Shown here piece by piece: positions 1 through 14,086 of a DNA stretch of 64,000 nucleotides. Position 1 is the stretch's first letter, and the number at the start of each line of letters is the position of its first letter. The position numbers and the translations under genes were made by a program. The notes under the pieces were generated by a model that was not told the origin of the DNA, did not search any database, and worked only from the letters and a program-made list of their open reading frames with translations. This DNA is from Dimorphilus gyrociliatus (taxonomy: Eukaryota; Animalia; Annelida), in contig CAJFCJ010000004.1 of assembly GCA_904063045.1 (NCBI GenBank), forward strand, positions 1,357,713 through 1,421,712. Direction: 5' to 3'.

Positions 1-1840
1 GAAAACAGTTTATAATGAATGTCAGCATCTTTTTGGGTAATTAGCCCAATTTTTATAATTTGAGAATGAAAGTTAAATTTTCCTATCTTTTGGAAATTGT
101 GGCACGAACCAATGAATAAAGGCTAGCAAGTGGAAGCCTGAAACATTGTTATGTACTTGTTTTCTCTTTGTGCTGCAAACAGCTCTCAGCTATAGGCTTT
201 CTCCAACGAATTGTTTGCCTTCCTCTATTTACGACCAAATGCTTCTTTTAAAGAAACTAAACAATTTTCTAAATGACTATCAAGCTATTACAGTACGTTT
301 TGGGAGATCCACAAAATATGAAGGAATACTATGTTCAATATATTCTATAATATAATAATCCAAGCACTTAAAAATTGTTAAGAATATTCTTTCAAAAATA
401 AAGATGATTATTTTCTCAAGAATTTATTTAGTTAATTGAAGAATCTGACAACAATTACATACTGAGTTTCATTGATCTAAAACGTAATTATTACGAGCTG
501 TTTGTGAAACAGCTAAATGTACACTTACATGTAAATCCTATATATATACATTTATAATATAGAATATAACTAGTAAATAGTTGCAACTGTTCCCATAAAC
601 CTGGTTTATATTTGGACCAGATCCATCAACTAGTGGAAGAGGTCTGATAATATAATCATAACTATATTATGATTTAGGTTTCTCCAATTTTAAGCTTAGT
701 TTCTTTCATCTGATTTCTTATCGCAGTTTGAAAATGATAAATAAAATTGATGATTAATTTCTTTTTTTAATGTTATACCTTTCTTAAATCAACCGCTTTT
801 CTTTATATATTCTACATTGAAATCTTTCTCTCATTGAAGAAATCAAATTTTTTTCTTGTATCATAATAAAATAACTATAATCAAATAGTTTGTGTTTTTC
901 TACATTTCCTTCTCTTCAATTTGTGCAAGGAGTGTCTTTTTAAAAAGATAAATTACTGACTACTAAGATAAAGCTCGGATTATTATTGATTTTCTAATGA
1001 AAAATATAATAATAGTCTTTAAAATTGTATATAATCTTCTACTATTATAATTAATGCACCACATTCATTTTACTGATTTTGCTCCTTACTTTCTAGTAAA
1101 ATTATACCAGTAAAAGCTGTTACAACATTTTCTTTTACAGAGGTTTGGATACTTTTAGAAAGCTCTCTGCTTTTCACTGAATAAAAGGTCCTTGACCTTA
1201 CTTAGAGTCGTAAAGCTATAGTAGATGTTAATAATGAGCAGTAATTTATTTTGCAAGAGAAAATCTTAGAACAACTTTTACGTAACCTTCTCTTTGTTAT
1301 TATATATTATTCAAATATACTACTACTAATTTTACTAGTATATCTTTGGAAAAAGATAATCCTAAACACTTTAATTCCAGTGAACTCAATCTATTTTACT
1401 TTGCAAATTAAAAAATGTAAAAATTTTATTGATTGAAAAGGTCAAGTGTTTAGATATTGTATGCAGTAAATTATACTCTAACTGATGCATATATAGACTG
1501 TATTCAGCAAATAGACGTTATACAACTAATGAATCAGATGTATAACTTAACGTAAATATATTTACTAATATATATAAGCATTTACAGCTTGAATGGATAA
1601 GTGCATAAATATATCTTGATTTGTTTTCAGTAACTCATTATCTATATTTATAAACTATAATAAATGATAGTCATAAATAAAAGAGAATGTTTATTTGTAA
1701 TTTTTATAAACATTCCTGGTTTGAATGAAGAAAAGTGTTTTTTTTTTGTTTCTTCTCGCTTAACTAGTTTTAGTCAGGGATTTGAATAGTAATTTTTCAT
1801 ATAGACAATCTAAATTTCTATTTTTTTCCATCTATTATAG

Positions 1841-2114
1841 ATCTAATCAAGAATCTGAAAGAGAAATGTGAAGAATTTGGTAAAGTCGGAAAATGTATTG
1901 TACCGAGAAGCGGAGACGGAAAAGCAAATGTGACTATGCATCAGCACGTTTCGAATTAATTTTTTTTTTTCATTCACAGGCTTATGTTCTTTTTACTGAC
2001 TCAGTTGAAGCTTCATACTGCCTCAAATTCATTAGACGCTTGACTTTTAATGAACGTTGTGTAATAGCATCATTCTTCTCAAAGTATCTTATGGATAGGA
2101 ACGAGTTCTATTAA
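1841..2114 (+). CDS. Last two exons (1841-1929, 1980-2114) of a protein ending in a UHM-type RRM (U2AF65/SPF45/KIS-like); upstream exons not resolved
   Basis: Spliced translation DLIKNLKEKCEEFGKVGKCIVPRSGDGKAN|AYVLFTDSVEASYCLKFIRRLTFNERCVIASFFSKYLMDRNEFY* follows the UHM pattern (acidic helix, C..FGKV, G+G..+V.F, F..R.V.A.F). 50-nt GT-AG intron 1930-1979 in phase 0. Confidence 0.6.
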
Positions 2115-4696
2115 TAATCTACCTCTCTCTCTCGACTAGAAAAAGATTTATTTAAAAAATTAAAAAGGTTGGAAAATATTTTCCAGTTTAAAAAACAAAT
2201 GTGATCTTAGCAAGAAAATTATGATGAATATGAATTTATTAGTGAAGAACATTATTTACAAACTATACAATTGTCTTGTAATATGAAGAAAGGGAGTTTT
2301 GTTTCATTAAATTGACGAACAACACGATTTAGACGCGTCTATTATCAAAGTCCATATCTAACATAACAAATAAGAAATGTTAAAAACTATATCAATTAAA
2401 GGAATAAAAGAAAAGATATAGATACAGAAAGAAGCTTAGGGATATATTACAAGTTCTCTTCCAATACTTGTACAATAATGAAAAGTATACGTTAAAAGAT
2501 ATTTGAAAGTTTATTTTTAGATATTTAATATTACTAAACTGTGTTTTAAGGTAATTTGAAAAAGGTTAGTAAAGCGTAAAAATTAATATTAAGTTGAATT
2601 TCATTATTTTGTTTCTCTTCCAGCTTCTTTATTAAGACAACAAAATGAAAATAAATAAAAAAAGCTTGCTTGACATAGGGTTAATGCAATACAATGTTGT
2701 CTTCCCAACACTAATCAGTGGAGACAAGCTTGTTTTTTTGAATACTTTGCAACAATTCTCTCTCAGGTCCCCGATACAAAATATTTCATTAATATATCAA
2801 TAACCTAATGTTTATAAAAACCTTTCGAGTAAATTATGATAGCCGCAAATCACTCGTAGGATTAAATTTTATTTATACCTATTGTCAGTTGCCAAATGAT
2901 TTATAGGAAATTTCCATTCTTTTTTCATTTTCCTTAATAATAACACGATTTCTATTTTATTTATATTTGTTTTTTGTTTTTACGAAATATTTGATGTTAT
3001 AAAGTGTACAAATTACAAAAAGCATCAGAGAAACGATCTAACAGATCTTCATTTAGGACAATCAATTATTTGAAATTTGCATATTTCTCAAAATGAAATT
3101 AGCCACTTGGAGTGATATAAAGCTCTCTTATGAGTGTAAAAAGAACAATATATCTAGAGAATTTAAAATCATTGAATTCATTAAAAGTCTAGTATAAGGA
3201 AAATTATACGCATATTATACTTTAGATAAACAATATGGTTGACTTAAGATGCTTAATTTTTTCAATTAATATTTATATTTTTAAAAAAAATAAGACTGGG
3301 TTTTCATGATTAAGTAAAATATTATTATTATTATTATCATCATAAAGAAACGCTGTACGAAAGAGAATTATCGTGTCTGATCATGTTAATTAGATTCTTG
3401 ATAATTATAATGATTTATAACCCCTAAAACCATTATCAAAGCTAACAGCCATTATTAATGACGAAATTCATTTGAATTGAAAAAAAAAAGTGGTTCTTAT
3501 CGAATTCTTTGAATATTCTATGCTTTTAGATTCGGTTAATTCAGTCAAGACTATTGCTATTTTCTTTTTATGTTTTAACTTCTGTTTTCTATTATGTTAG
3601 GTAAACATCTTTCGAAGCTTTTAGACATTGAAAGAAAACCATTTTTTTGCACACATATTTATAAAACAGTTTGATTTCTTATAAAATATTTAGTTATTTG
3701 TTCTAAGAAGAAAGGTTATTTAAATACTTTAAACAACGACTCTTAAAATTTCAAGAATTTATTAACTAAACTCTGAAAAGTTTATAATTAGAACAAGGAT
3801 TCTTCGTCAATACCCCGAGGCTTTAAAAAATATTTTTAAAAGTGGTAATAAAAGTGAATACTAGAGTAAGAGAAGGCGTTAATAAACATAAAATGAGAGA
3901 AACCGCTCTGCTAGATCAATTCGACGCGTCTAATATGTAAAGTGCTAAAGAGAATTTATCCATTGCAGATCAATTGGCCGATGACGTTAATACAACAATC
4001 TACTATCGTGAAATAGTTTTTGCTCAATATAATTGTTTAACTGTAGAGTTTAATTGATAGTCATCTCCCTTATGTTTCTTTTTTAATTTAATAAATGATT
4101 TATTGCCTACTTATTCCAAGTAGTCATTAATATTCATAATTAATATTTTATCGATTTCTTTTTATCTGCATATTGATGACTTTGAATAATTCTTCTATCT
4201 CTTTCATTTTTTCCTATAGAAATGGAGATTGAAGGAAAATAAACAAAAAGAATGTCCACTCTTTATTTAATATCAACAATTTTAGTAATGATAAATAATA
4301 AGTATAAATTGATCTAAAAAGTTGTTTTTTTCCCTTTTACTTGCAAGCGTCAAGAGTTGCTGTATTCTCTTTGTTTCAACTTAAGAAAGATTAATTTGCT
4401 TAAGCAAAAACATAAAAAAAAAATACCTTCTCTTTAATCCCAACTACTTTCTTTTCTTTTTACTATTTTCATATTAATCTTCTATACCCTTCCGAGCTAT
4501 GCACCAGCCTTTTTCATAATGCATAGTTCTATCCTATTATTCTGCTCCTTAAATAGGTTAAAATTGAAGGGAATAGGAAGTAAGAAACCCTCAAAATGAT
4601 GAATGATTACACAACTGACACATTAACAGAAAAATTTACTTGACATTAGATAAAATAGATTTGAAAATTTAGAAATTAGCTTCTTTAATCTTCAAT

Positions 4697-4751
4697 ATGT
4701 CTGTTCTGTTTTGTTTTTATATTATTATTCTTACTAGCAATATTGTTGAAG
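4697..4751 (+). CDS. Candidate signal-peptide first exon A of the beta-helix/multi-TM gene
   Basis: ATG-MSVLFCFYIIILTSNIVE followed by a G|gtaaaa donor in phase 1, which matches the phase-1 acceptor at 14087. Confidence 0.45.
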
Positions 4752-5927
4752 GTAAAACGTAGAAAACAAATCTGTAAGTTAATTAATTACTAATTTGCGA
4801 TAAAAATATCTGAATAGATTCATTTATATGAATAGTAACTATTAGTACCAATAAAGTTGTGTTATTGAGGAAGAAAAGAAAACAATATAATTGTCTAAAA
4901 GATTGTTGATTCATTTATTATATTAATATAGAATGTGTGTACATTGAAATATGTATAATATACTTTATAAAAGTAAGTTGTTTATACGTAATAACAATAT
5001 ATATTAAATGTTTTATAGAAACGAATTGTATGATTGTACGAAACTAAACTAAAATTATAACTATAACGTATGAATTTATGTATAAAACGTTCGTATATCT
5101 CTGATAGAAGAGAAAAATATAATTAATTAATCATCTTAAATCATTCGATTATCCTTTTAATCGTAGTGTTGAATGTATACATTTAATTTATAATTAATTT
5201 ATTAATTAACTATTATTTGTTTCTTAAAAAAATAAATAAAAGTTATAAGAAAATATTGTTTTTTGAAAAGTTAACTATTTTTAAATCATTAATTAAATTA
5301 TTAAATTACTTCTTAATTCTTTAATTTTTGTCTTCTATGAATTGATATTGTACTTTGTTTATTCCCATGAAATGGTTTATAGAATCTTACTCTTAAGAAT
5401 TTAGATAAAGCCATTGACTTATTTCATCTATAATTGAGCAATTTTAACTTGGATTATATATTTTATTTGTATTTATATAAATAGAATTTTACGAGTCTTT
5501 ATCTCGTATGACTATACACGCCTTCCTATAATGGTCTTTATGAAATAATTCAAAAAAACTTGAATTAAATAGCTTATCAGATGGAATGATTTATTAAAAC
5601 AAAAAACAAAGCTACAAATTAGCTTATACCTATATACGGTGCATTACAAAAATAGGTATATTATTAAAAACAACACGTGGCATCCTTATATTCATTTGAT
5701 ACTGAAGTAGCCTTAAATAATCTTTATGCAGTATATACAGTATATAGACGTGTATATACTGTACACACATATTTACGTGTCACTTATCATTTTATATTTA
5801 TTTACATCTCTATGTTATAAAAATGTCCATACGAACAATCATTGTTTAATGAACTTTCCATGTTGTATAACAAACCGCCGCTAGAAGGCGTTTACAACAC
5901 TGGACAATCAGAAGAGGATGAGCAGGC

Positions 5928-5973
5928 ATGCTAGACTGCTTAATAGTGACGCTTTTACTAGCTGGTTTTACTG
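5928..5973 (+). CDS. Candidate signal-peptide first exon B of the beta-helix/multi-TM gene
   Basis: ATG-MLDCLIVTLLLAGFT followed by a strong G|gtgagc donor in phase 1, with an in-frame stop just upstream of the ATG. Compatible with acceptor 14087. Confidence 0.45.
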
Positions 5974-6791
5974 GTGAGCAATATTATTTGTCTTTTTTGT
6001 TTAATCGTTGTAAATTCAATCCTCGCAGGCAATTTTTTTTAAGTATAGGTTTAATATAGACACAAGTTATTTAGCTATTAATCAGTTTTTACATAAAAAA
6101 AAGAAAATCAAAAATTACCTTTCTCTTGTGTTTTTATTTTTGTTATTTTTTAATAATTTATAGATAAAATAGAAAAGTAAATAAGTCAATTTTTGTATTC
6201 ATTTTACTAAAATAAGAGAATAAAACATGTCATTCTTAGTAGAAAATTTCTTCAACAATAAAACAAATTATTCCGTATCTTGCTAACAATAATTTCCCCC
6301 TGTAAAATAGTCAACATACTATCCATACTAGAATGAAAAGAGATATAGATCGAAATATATCGGCTTCTAGAAAACAAATATTTTTTGCGTGATGGTCAAA
6401 ATTACTTTGTTAATGCGTTTATCTTTTGACTTAAAGTGTACTACTAATCGTCCTTCTTTCTTGATAAATACGTGAAATAATTTCCATGTCATAATCCAAC
6501 TTTTTCTTTTGTATTTTTATATTCTTTCCGCTTATATTTAGCTTTCGAGAATAAACAAAGTTTAACTTTGTTTCTTTTGTATTATAAATATATAAATATA
6601 TAATATACAGTACCAAATGTTTGCACTAAGAAGATGTAAAGTTTTTTTCGGTTAAGTACATTTTTTATTCCCAAGTTTATTCACACAATTTGTAAAAACA
6701 GAGCTATTTTGCTTACCAGAGATGGGAGCAAAATGAGCGAGAGAATTCTTAACCCCGGTACAGGAAAGAAGATAAGACAAAGAATGAAAGC

Positions 6792-6815
6792 GAGAGAGAG
6801 AGAGAGAGAGAGAGA
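6792..6815. repeat. (GA)12 microsatellite
   Basis: Direct read of the sequence. Confidence 0.95.
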
Positions 6816-7078
6816 CGGGGGAACTAAAGCAAACAATTTCATCTTCTTATTTTCATATAAACTTTATACTTAGATAAAAAGTACCTCTACAATCAAAATT
6901 TTACTAATATCAATAATATCTTATTTCCTTAACCTTTTTTTTGTCTTCTATTTCTTTTTACCTATTTTATCTCTGTATATAAAAAATGAAAAATTAGGTT
7001 AATGCCCTATAGAAGCAAATTAACAAAACGATAGTAAGAATTGATTACAGGTATAGAGGTAGAAAGGTAGAGAATAAA

Positions 7079-7187
7079 TATATATATATATATATAAATT
7101 TATACATATATATATATATATATAAATTTATACATATATATATATATATATAAATTTATACATATATATATATATATATATATATAT
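7079..7187. repeat. Compound (TA)n tract with a 28-bp unit TAAATTTATACA(TA)8 repeated three times
   Basis: TAAATT unit starts at 7095, 7123 and 7151 (period 28). Confidence 0.9.
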
Positions 7188-10100
7188 GTATTTGAATAGT
7201 AATGTATATAGATATATAATTAAGCTTTATTTTGAATCAATATATGATGGGGTTTACTTTAAATAGCAAATATTGTACATGTATAGTATATGCTATATAT
7301 ACTATAAAACTATTCTATTTATTCTGATTCTATATGGAAATATCATTACATTACGTAAACAAAATTAATTAATACAATTAATTAATTTCACAACTAACCC
7401 ACACGTATATCATTAAAGACGTGTTGAAGTCGGAAGGAAATTATTTCTAAATGTCTACATCCCCTTCATTCTTCTCCTTTTCGATTCTACAAACTATATA
7501 CGTTTTTTATTCCATTTTCCTACTATTTATTCATATTCCTCTATATTATTTATAGAAAAAAACCATGTTAAAGTAGGCGATAAAATATTATAAATTTTCA
7601 GTCTTTACTATTGGTCTTTTTATGATCTCTGAATCCTAGAAATATCATATTTCTATTGAAATGTATGCAAGTGTTAAATCGCATCCTTTATTCATTTATA
7701 CCATATTTTCTTGCGTGTTCTATCAGTAATAAAAGAAAACATAGAAAATTAAATTTATTGAACTTAACTCTGATATTTCTATATAATTTACGATTAATTG
7801 TAAGAGATATAAGTATAGATTTTGTTATAGACTTTCATCAGATGCAATATAGAGGGAATATACTTAAAATATATACAGTATATATTGTTTCATATTAATA
7901 TTCAAGTCAGTAAATTCTTCATTAAAATATTAATATAGCATATATCAATACTTGAAGCACTCTTTTTTATATATATATCCCATCCTTACCCCTCTCAATT
8001 TTTTCTCCTAAAAGAAACAAGTTTAGTAATGGTTAATGAAGAATTTTTTTATCCTTCTCTTCTTTAAATAATTATTAAGCATCCGTATGAGGGAATTTTT
8101 CACCTACTTATAACGAAGCAGAAAAATTGACCTACTTAACATAACGCTTTCTCCCTATACTATATGATAATATAAGAATTGTAGTTTGTCTCCATTTCCA
8201 TAAAAAAAATAATATAAAATATCATAATAGCCCGTGTTAGCACTATTTATATGCTTTATATGAAAATGACATATCCTTGACAAATTAGATGCGAATGGGA
8301 AATAATCTATTCAAAAGAAGAACCCATTTCCCAATACAGACCAACATCTAATCTTGTTGAAATTGATTCTTCGATGCTTGTAATATATTTATCAAGAATC
8401 AAACGATATTTGCTTCAAACCGCCTACAGAGAACTCAAACACTTTTATATTTTGCCTTTGAAATATTGTTTTATAAAGCTGATCACGTGTTTTCTATCCG
8501 AACTATCTAATAGAAATTTTCTTTTAATATTTCCCTCCTCTAAACTTGATATCCTTTGCCTCCCGAATCAGTTATATGGTAGGGATTGTACTCTTGATGT
8601 TCCATCTCTCAGCTGTTTAATGATTCATTTAATGTATTTCGCACAGTTACACAGCTAGATAGATTTAATTAAGTCATACAATCCTTATAGTGAACTTAAT
8701 ATTGGATGATTTTCCATTTTATGCTTTCCTCAATTCTTCCGAATGCATCTATTAGTTTCCAATAAATTATGAATAAAATATGTGTAGACATATAAAACAC
8801 AATATATATTAATATATCTATATATGGTATACAGCTAGTCTATATATAATGTATACGGGCGTTTATAATTCGAGATTTTTTACGTTTTCCGTTATATTTA
8901 ATCTATAGAAAACCGATTTTCTAAGTAGTTGACGAATTTATATTGTAATAAAAGTTGACCAGAGTTAACTGTTCCAGAATTAGATATTCAAATTTTTTAC
9001 TTATTCCTAGCTTTCCCAGAAATTCCTAGTTTCCTTTATTAAATTTCAATCTGAGTGACATCACTGCCAATTTTTAGTTCCTAAGGAATATAAAGCAGAT
9101 TTTCTAAGTACTTTCGATTTTATAATTACCTTCTCTAATTAAACGTTACATAATTTAAGTTGTAATATAAAATAAACAATTTATACCATAATCTTTATTA
9201 ACCTGATAGGTTAAACAAAATATAAATTTAGTTGTTGAACGTCTCAATCAATCTAGTTTGCGAGAATAGTATTAATATACGAGATTATAAAGAATAGTTA
9301 TGCAAGAGTTTCTCTCGCGAACGCCACTTGATTGATTTTCAGCTGTGATTGGAATGTAATAGAAAATAGAGAATATTTCTAAATGAAAAAATGAACATTA
9401 AGAAATGTTAAACGAAGCGTTACTACTATCACTATATCCGTCTATTGTTAAAATCTTTCTTATATATATACTGTATATAGTATTTGCATTGGGAAACTAA
9501 AAGGATTTTGCTTAATTTCTAAATCTCATTAATTTCCTCTTATTCTTTCTAAGTAATAGTAAATAACAATAAGAATATATGTAAATACATGCATAACAAA
9601 GTAAAGTAGAAATAGACATTTCCTCAAAAATACCGTGACAGGAAGAAATTCTGGCGGAAAGCTAACATTTTATAGACTAGTAGAGACGTTTAAAGTGGTT
9701 TCTAGTCTTTTTTAGGGACCTTTCGTGAAGATGGATTTTCTTTGACTCATTATCAAAACATATTCCTTCCTTCCTTGCAAAATAGTTAACTTCTCTACAT
9801 TAAATATTATATGGTTTTGTACTAAAAGCAAAACTCACAATAACTCTATATTCTTTTCTACTACCTTCTGCGAAAGATGATAACTATTTGAAAAGAATAA
9901 CGTTCAGCTCTGAGAACGTTTACAACTCGGACATTTCTATTGTAAATAATACATATATATATATATGTATATATATACATATTCATTACTATACATAAAC
10001 AGACTTACAGAAGAGAATACGATAGTAAAAGAAAAAAAGATAGACAGAGCAAAAAGAAGAATGTAGATTAACCGGATCAAACTTTGTTTCTTATTCGATG

Positions 10101-10796
10101 TTGACATTCAGTCTATCCGTTCAATGAAGCTTACAATTTTCCATTCTAACGGTCGATAAACAGTTCATGTTTTATAATTATCTTCAATTTTATTTTATAC
10201 TACAAATAAGAAATTTATACAAAGGGAGTAAACCAAAAATTCTTTAAATATTTTTTATTAGATAAACTGTAGAAATAATCATCTATACGTCCATTCTATT
10301 GTATTTAGGGAATCTAAATATATATATAGTATAATAGTAAAAATATTTAAATATTTATTTAATTAACTAAATTAACAATACTGCAATTAGAGAAGCAGAA
10401 AAAGCGTATGCTGTTTTATTAATTCTTATGAAATGTATGTATGAACTTTTACAAATCCTTTCATATATTTATAAATTTATATATATATATGTCTCTGTCT
10501 TTATATATATAGTATAATCGATTTCATTCAATATCTTTTCTATTTAAGTATTTTACTATAAAGAGAAAAAGATTATAAACTTCCGTAATCCATTAGTTAA
10601 CTTTTAAACCGTTAAACTTAATGAATATCTATTCATACTCAGTATCCGATTGTTTTGACTTATGAGCTCTAATCGGTTTAAATGTTAAATAAATACTTCT
10701 TACCACTTTTATCTTCAATAAGAGTTAGAAAAGGTATCGATTAGTGATTCTGATACTTATTTGAAATGTGGCTCTGTGTCTCTGTCTTTATATGTC

Positions 10797-10821
10797 TTTC
10801 TCTCCTCTCTCTCTCTTCCTA

Positions 10822-10854
<33 letters not shown>
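10797..10854. repeat. Compound (CT)n/(AT)n microsatellite
   Basis: Direct read of the sequence. Confidence 0.85.
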
Positions 10855-13800
10855 GTCATATATGCGTGTACGTATATAAATAGAATATATAAAAACAAAA
10901 AAGAGTTTCATTTAATATCATGAAAAAAAATGAAAACAATAAAGATATTTTTCTAATAAATGAATAAGTTAGACATATAACTTATGTTTAAATCGTTTCC
11001 AGATCAAAATAGTTGGCACGTCATTTAGAAGTTGTCAACAGTAAAATCCTGTAAATCCAGTTGAGTCACGATTCGATTAAGGGCAGATAAATCAGCCTTT
11101 TTTAGGTCAATTCCATACAACACGTGTGCTATGCATAACATTATTTAATCCCTAAGGTATATTTTACATGCACGCCTTTGCAACTTTGAATCTATCATTA
11201 TTCAGGCTAAGTTAGCGATAAAGAATAGATTTCTGATTGTATTCATACAATACTGCTTTTCGTTTACGTTATATGTTATATGATTCATTTAGCATCATTT
11301 GTAAGAGAACCATTGGAAACGATTGTAGAAAACTAATGGTTAATTATTTCGTACAATGTCAAGAAATTTAAAATTTTACATCTGACCAACTAGAAAAACA
11401 AATACGATGACTTTTTCATGAGCATGAGGAACAAATGATATTAGATATAAATGTAACAATACATCCATTAATATTTCCCTGATGAGACGTTCGATTCACC
11501 ACCGTCATTTAACAAAAATACAATTTTAGAGACCCAATTAGTCTTAGCCGTTATGATGAAATTTCCATTGACCATGAATTAACTGTAATGGAACTGCTGT
11601 AGTTATGGAACTAGTAGTGATAGAATCCAGAAATGTACCTTAAAAGCAGAGAGCATATTACATAGATACTGTAATATTACAATCACATAATGTATAATTA
11701 GTAATTTAGGTAAAAAATACTTTTTGTCTTATCATAGAAAGACACTCGAATCTGACAAACATTCATAATTTCGCTCTTGACGAGAAGAATGTAATAAATT
11801 CTCTTTATCTTTTTATAAAAGTGACACATTTTCAGCCAATAGTAGTTTTATTTTACTATATATTCTTCTACATTGGAAAACAATTTAAATATAGCTCTAG
11901 TTTAAATATATCTCTGCTATACAATATAATAGATGAGAAAGGAAACCTTTTATCACTTTATTTTGATACTAACCTCCAAAATAGATTCATTTTGTCGGTT
12001 TAGAGCCATCCGGGCCTGAAGCTAAACTATGAATATAATGTTGCAGTAGCTGCAACGAACCGCGAAAATGACTATCACTAGATACTGTCCCAAATCGATT
12101 TATAAAAAACGGCTGAATAGGGTGAAATAGGATTTGTTGACATTATCTGTAAATCTTTAAACTATGTCAGATTTATTTAAAAATGTGGAACGGCTCTTTC
12201 AGTATTAGGGCTAAAATGCTTAGGTTTCTCTGATGGGAGAGTGTATGTTGATCAAAAATGGGTCATCGATTACACATCCTCTCGAAAAACATCTGCTGTT
12301 AGTCAACAAATTATAAGCTTTTCATAAAAAAAAACCTGTGGTAATTAACAAAATATTCAACTATAGTTTTCCTTTCTTTTAACAATGTCAATCTCTTAAA
12401 TCATTTTAGTAAAGCATCCTTCAATAAAGAATGTCAATAAAGGCATGTTTATAGCATAGTACTTTATTATATAACACTGAAAAATTTTCTCATTTGCGTC
12501 TGATATCTGAATAATCCAGAAGCCGTTCACTTTGCTTAAAAATTAATTACTTGTATAAAGCCAAATTTATAAATATATAGAGACGAAACTAGATAATATA
12601 TACATTTAGTTCTTTACACTTAATTATGCAAATGAGAATAATTCTATTTACTTCTACAAATTTTCTTCCTTGTCACATGGTATATAGTCTTATATTAATG
12701 AAGCTCGATACAGATTTCCTAAGGTTTGTTTTTTAAATTGATAGTTTATACTTGGATAAATCTATCAATGTATATAATATGTATTTACTTGATATTTGAT
12801 ACCTTTACGTGCACACATATATACAGTATTAGCTAATATACATTTATATATATATATATATAATATACAAAATCGTTTGTAGCTTAATAGCATATTTGCT
12901 CCTGCCACTGAAACTGACAAAACATCGCTGACTTCTGATAGTAATAGCTGCTATTGCTTGACATATTGCAGCCCTTGTCTTCTATAAAGATTTAGCTGTC
13001 TATAAAATGTCACCAAAGCTCTTTATTTTCTTTAAACGTTCACTAAAAAGTATAACTTTGCTTAATTTTCTACGTTAAGCTAATATTAAACATAATAGAA
13101 TCATATATTTGCTATTATTAGGAATATCTTTGTTTCCTAACTCTCCTCCTCTATTTCACTGTCCATCCTTTTCTTTCTTCCTCACTGAGACTTACTACTT
13201 ATTTACGCTTACAACCTTGTATATTCTTATAATCTCTTTATCTCTCTTCTGGTTCAAATATCTAGTAAAAAGTTTATTCTGTAGATTTACTCCTGTCTTT
13301 CCAACTTCTAATTATAATCGCTTTAGTTTAACATAAGATTGATACCCCTATACCATCTATCAATATATTTTATAATAGAAGACATTTGTGAACAAAATTG
13401 AATCAAATACGTCTAATAAAATAATTGAAAAAGCCACAGTGTTATGGTTACAGTAATTAAGCCGTGAATGATTTTTCTGATGAGTTGGCGTTGGGAATCT
13501 CTATCGAGAAGTTCTCTTCATAGAACTCTTTAGTCGCTATATTTATTAACGATTATTAAAATTACATGATAGAAGCTAATTAAAATTTTTTTAAAATCGT
13601 ACTCTTCTTTTAATTAGTTAATAATTAATTAGCAACTGTAAGGCTTAAAATATCACTCCTTCTTAACGAGCATTCACACTCCTCCGCAGGAGTTGTTTTA
13701 GGAGTTTAACAAGTTTACTTTTAATATTTAAGCAGTAAAGTAGATAGCTAACAGTTAAGAATATAACCAAATAGAAATTCCATTTTGAATTGCACCATAT

Positions 13801-14086
13801 CGTATTATTAAATACCGTATGCTATATTTTAAACATTAATAATGAGAATGAACACATAATATCAACACATCGTATTGATTACGCAAGTGATTCTCTTTCT
13901 ATTTCCGTCTCTGTTCAATTGTTTATAAAATATTTATTTTATAATATTGATTTTATACGGAAATGTTATTGATATTATTTGTTTATTTGATTTCCATTAT
14001 TATTTAAAAATGATTTTCTCATTTTTGAAAGTTTGAAGCAATTCCAGAAAACTAGATTGAAATTAACTTTTCCCTATCTATTTTAG

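Noticed and set aside
1-1600. Exon-like fragments on both strands (for example + LIEESDNNYILSFIDLK at about 432-483; - RPLPLVDGSGPNINQ at about 600-643), possibly a kinase-like part of a KIS/UHMK1 gene
   Set aside because: I could not join them in a consistent phase and found no intact kinase motifs, so they are not called.
11479-11510. CTGATGAG followed by a short stem (GACG...CGTC), suggesting a hammerhead ribozyme
   Set aside because: The stem is followed by ATTT rather than the required GAAA, and no stems I or III were found.
12000-12330. GC-richer stretch with a frame interrupted by stops, suggesting a pseudogene or transposon relic inside the long intron
   Set aside because: No recognisable domain, terminal repeats or target-site duplication.
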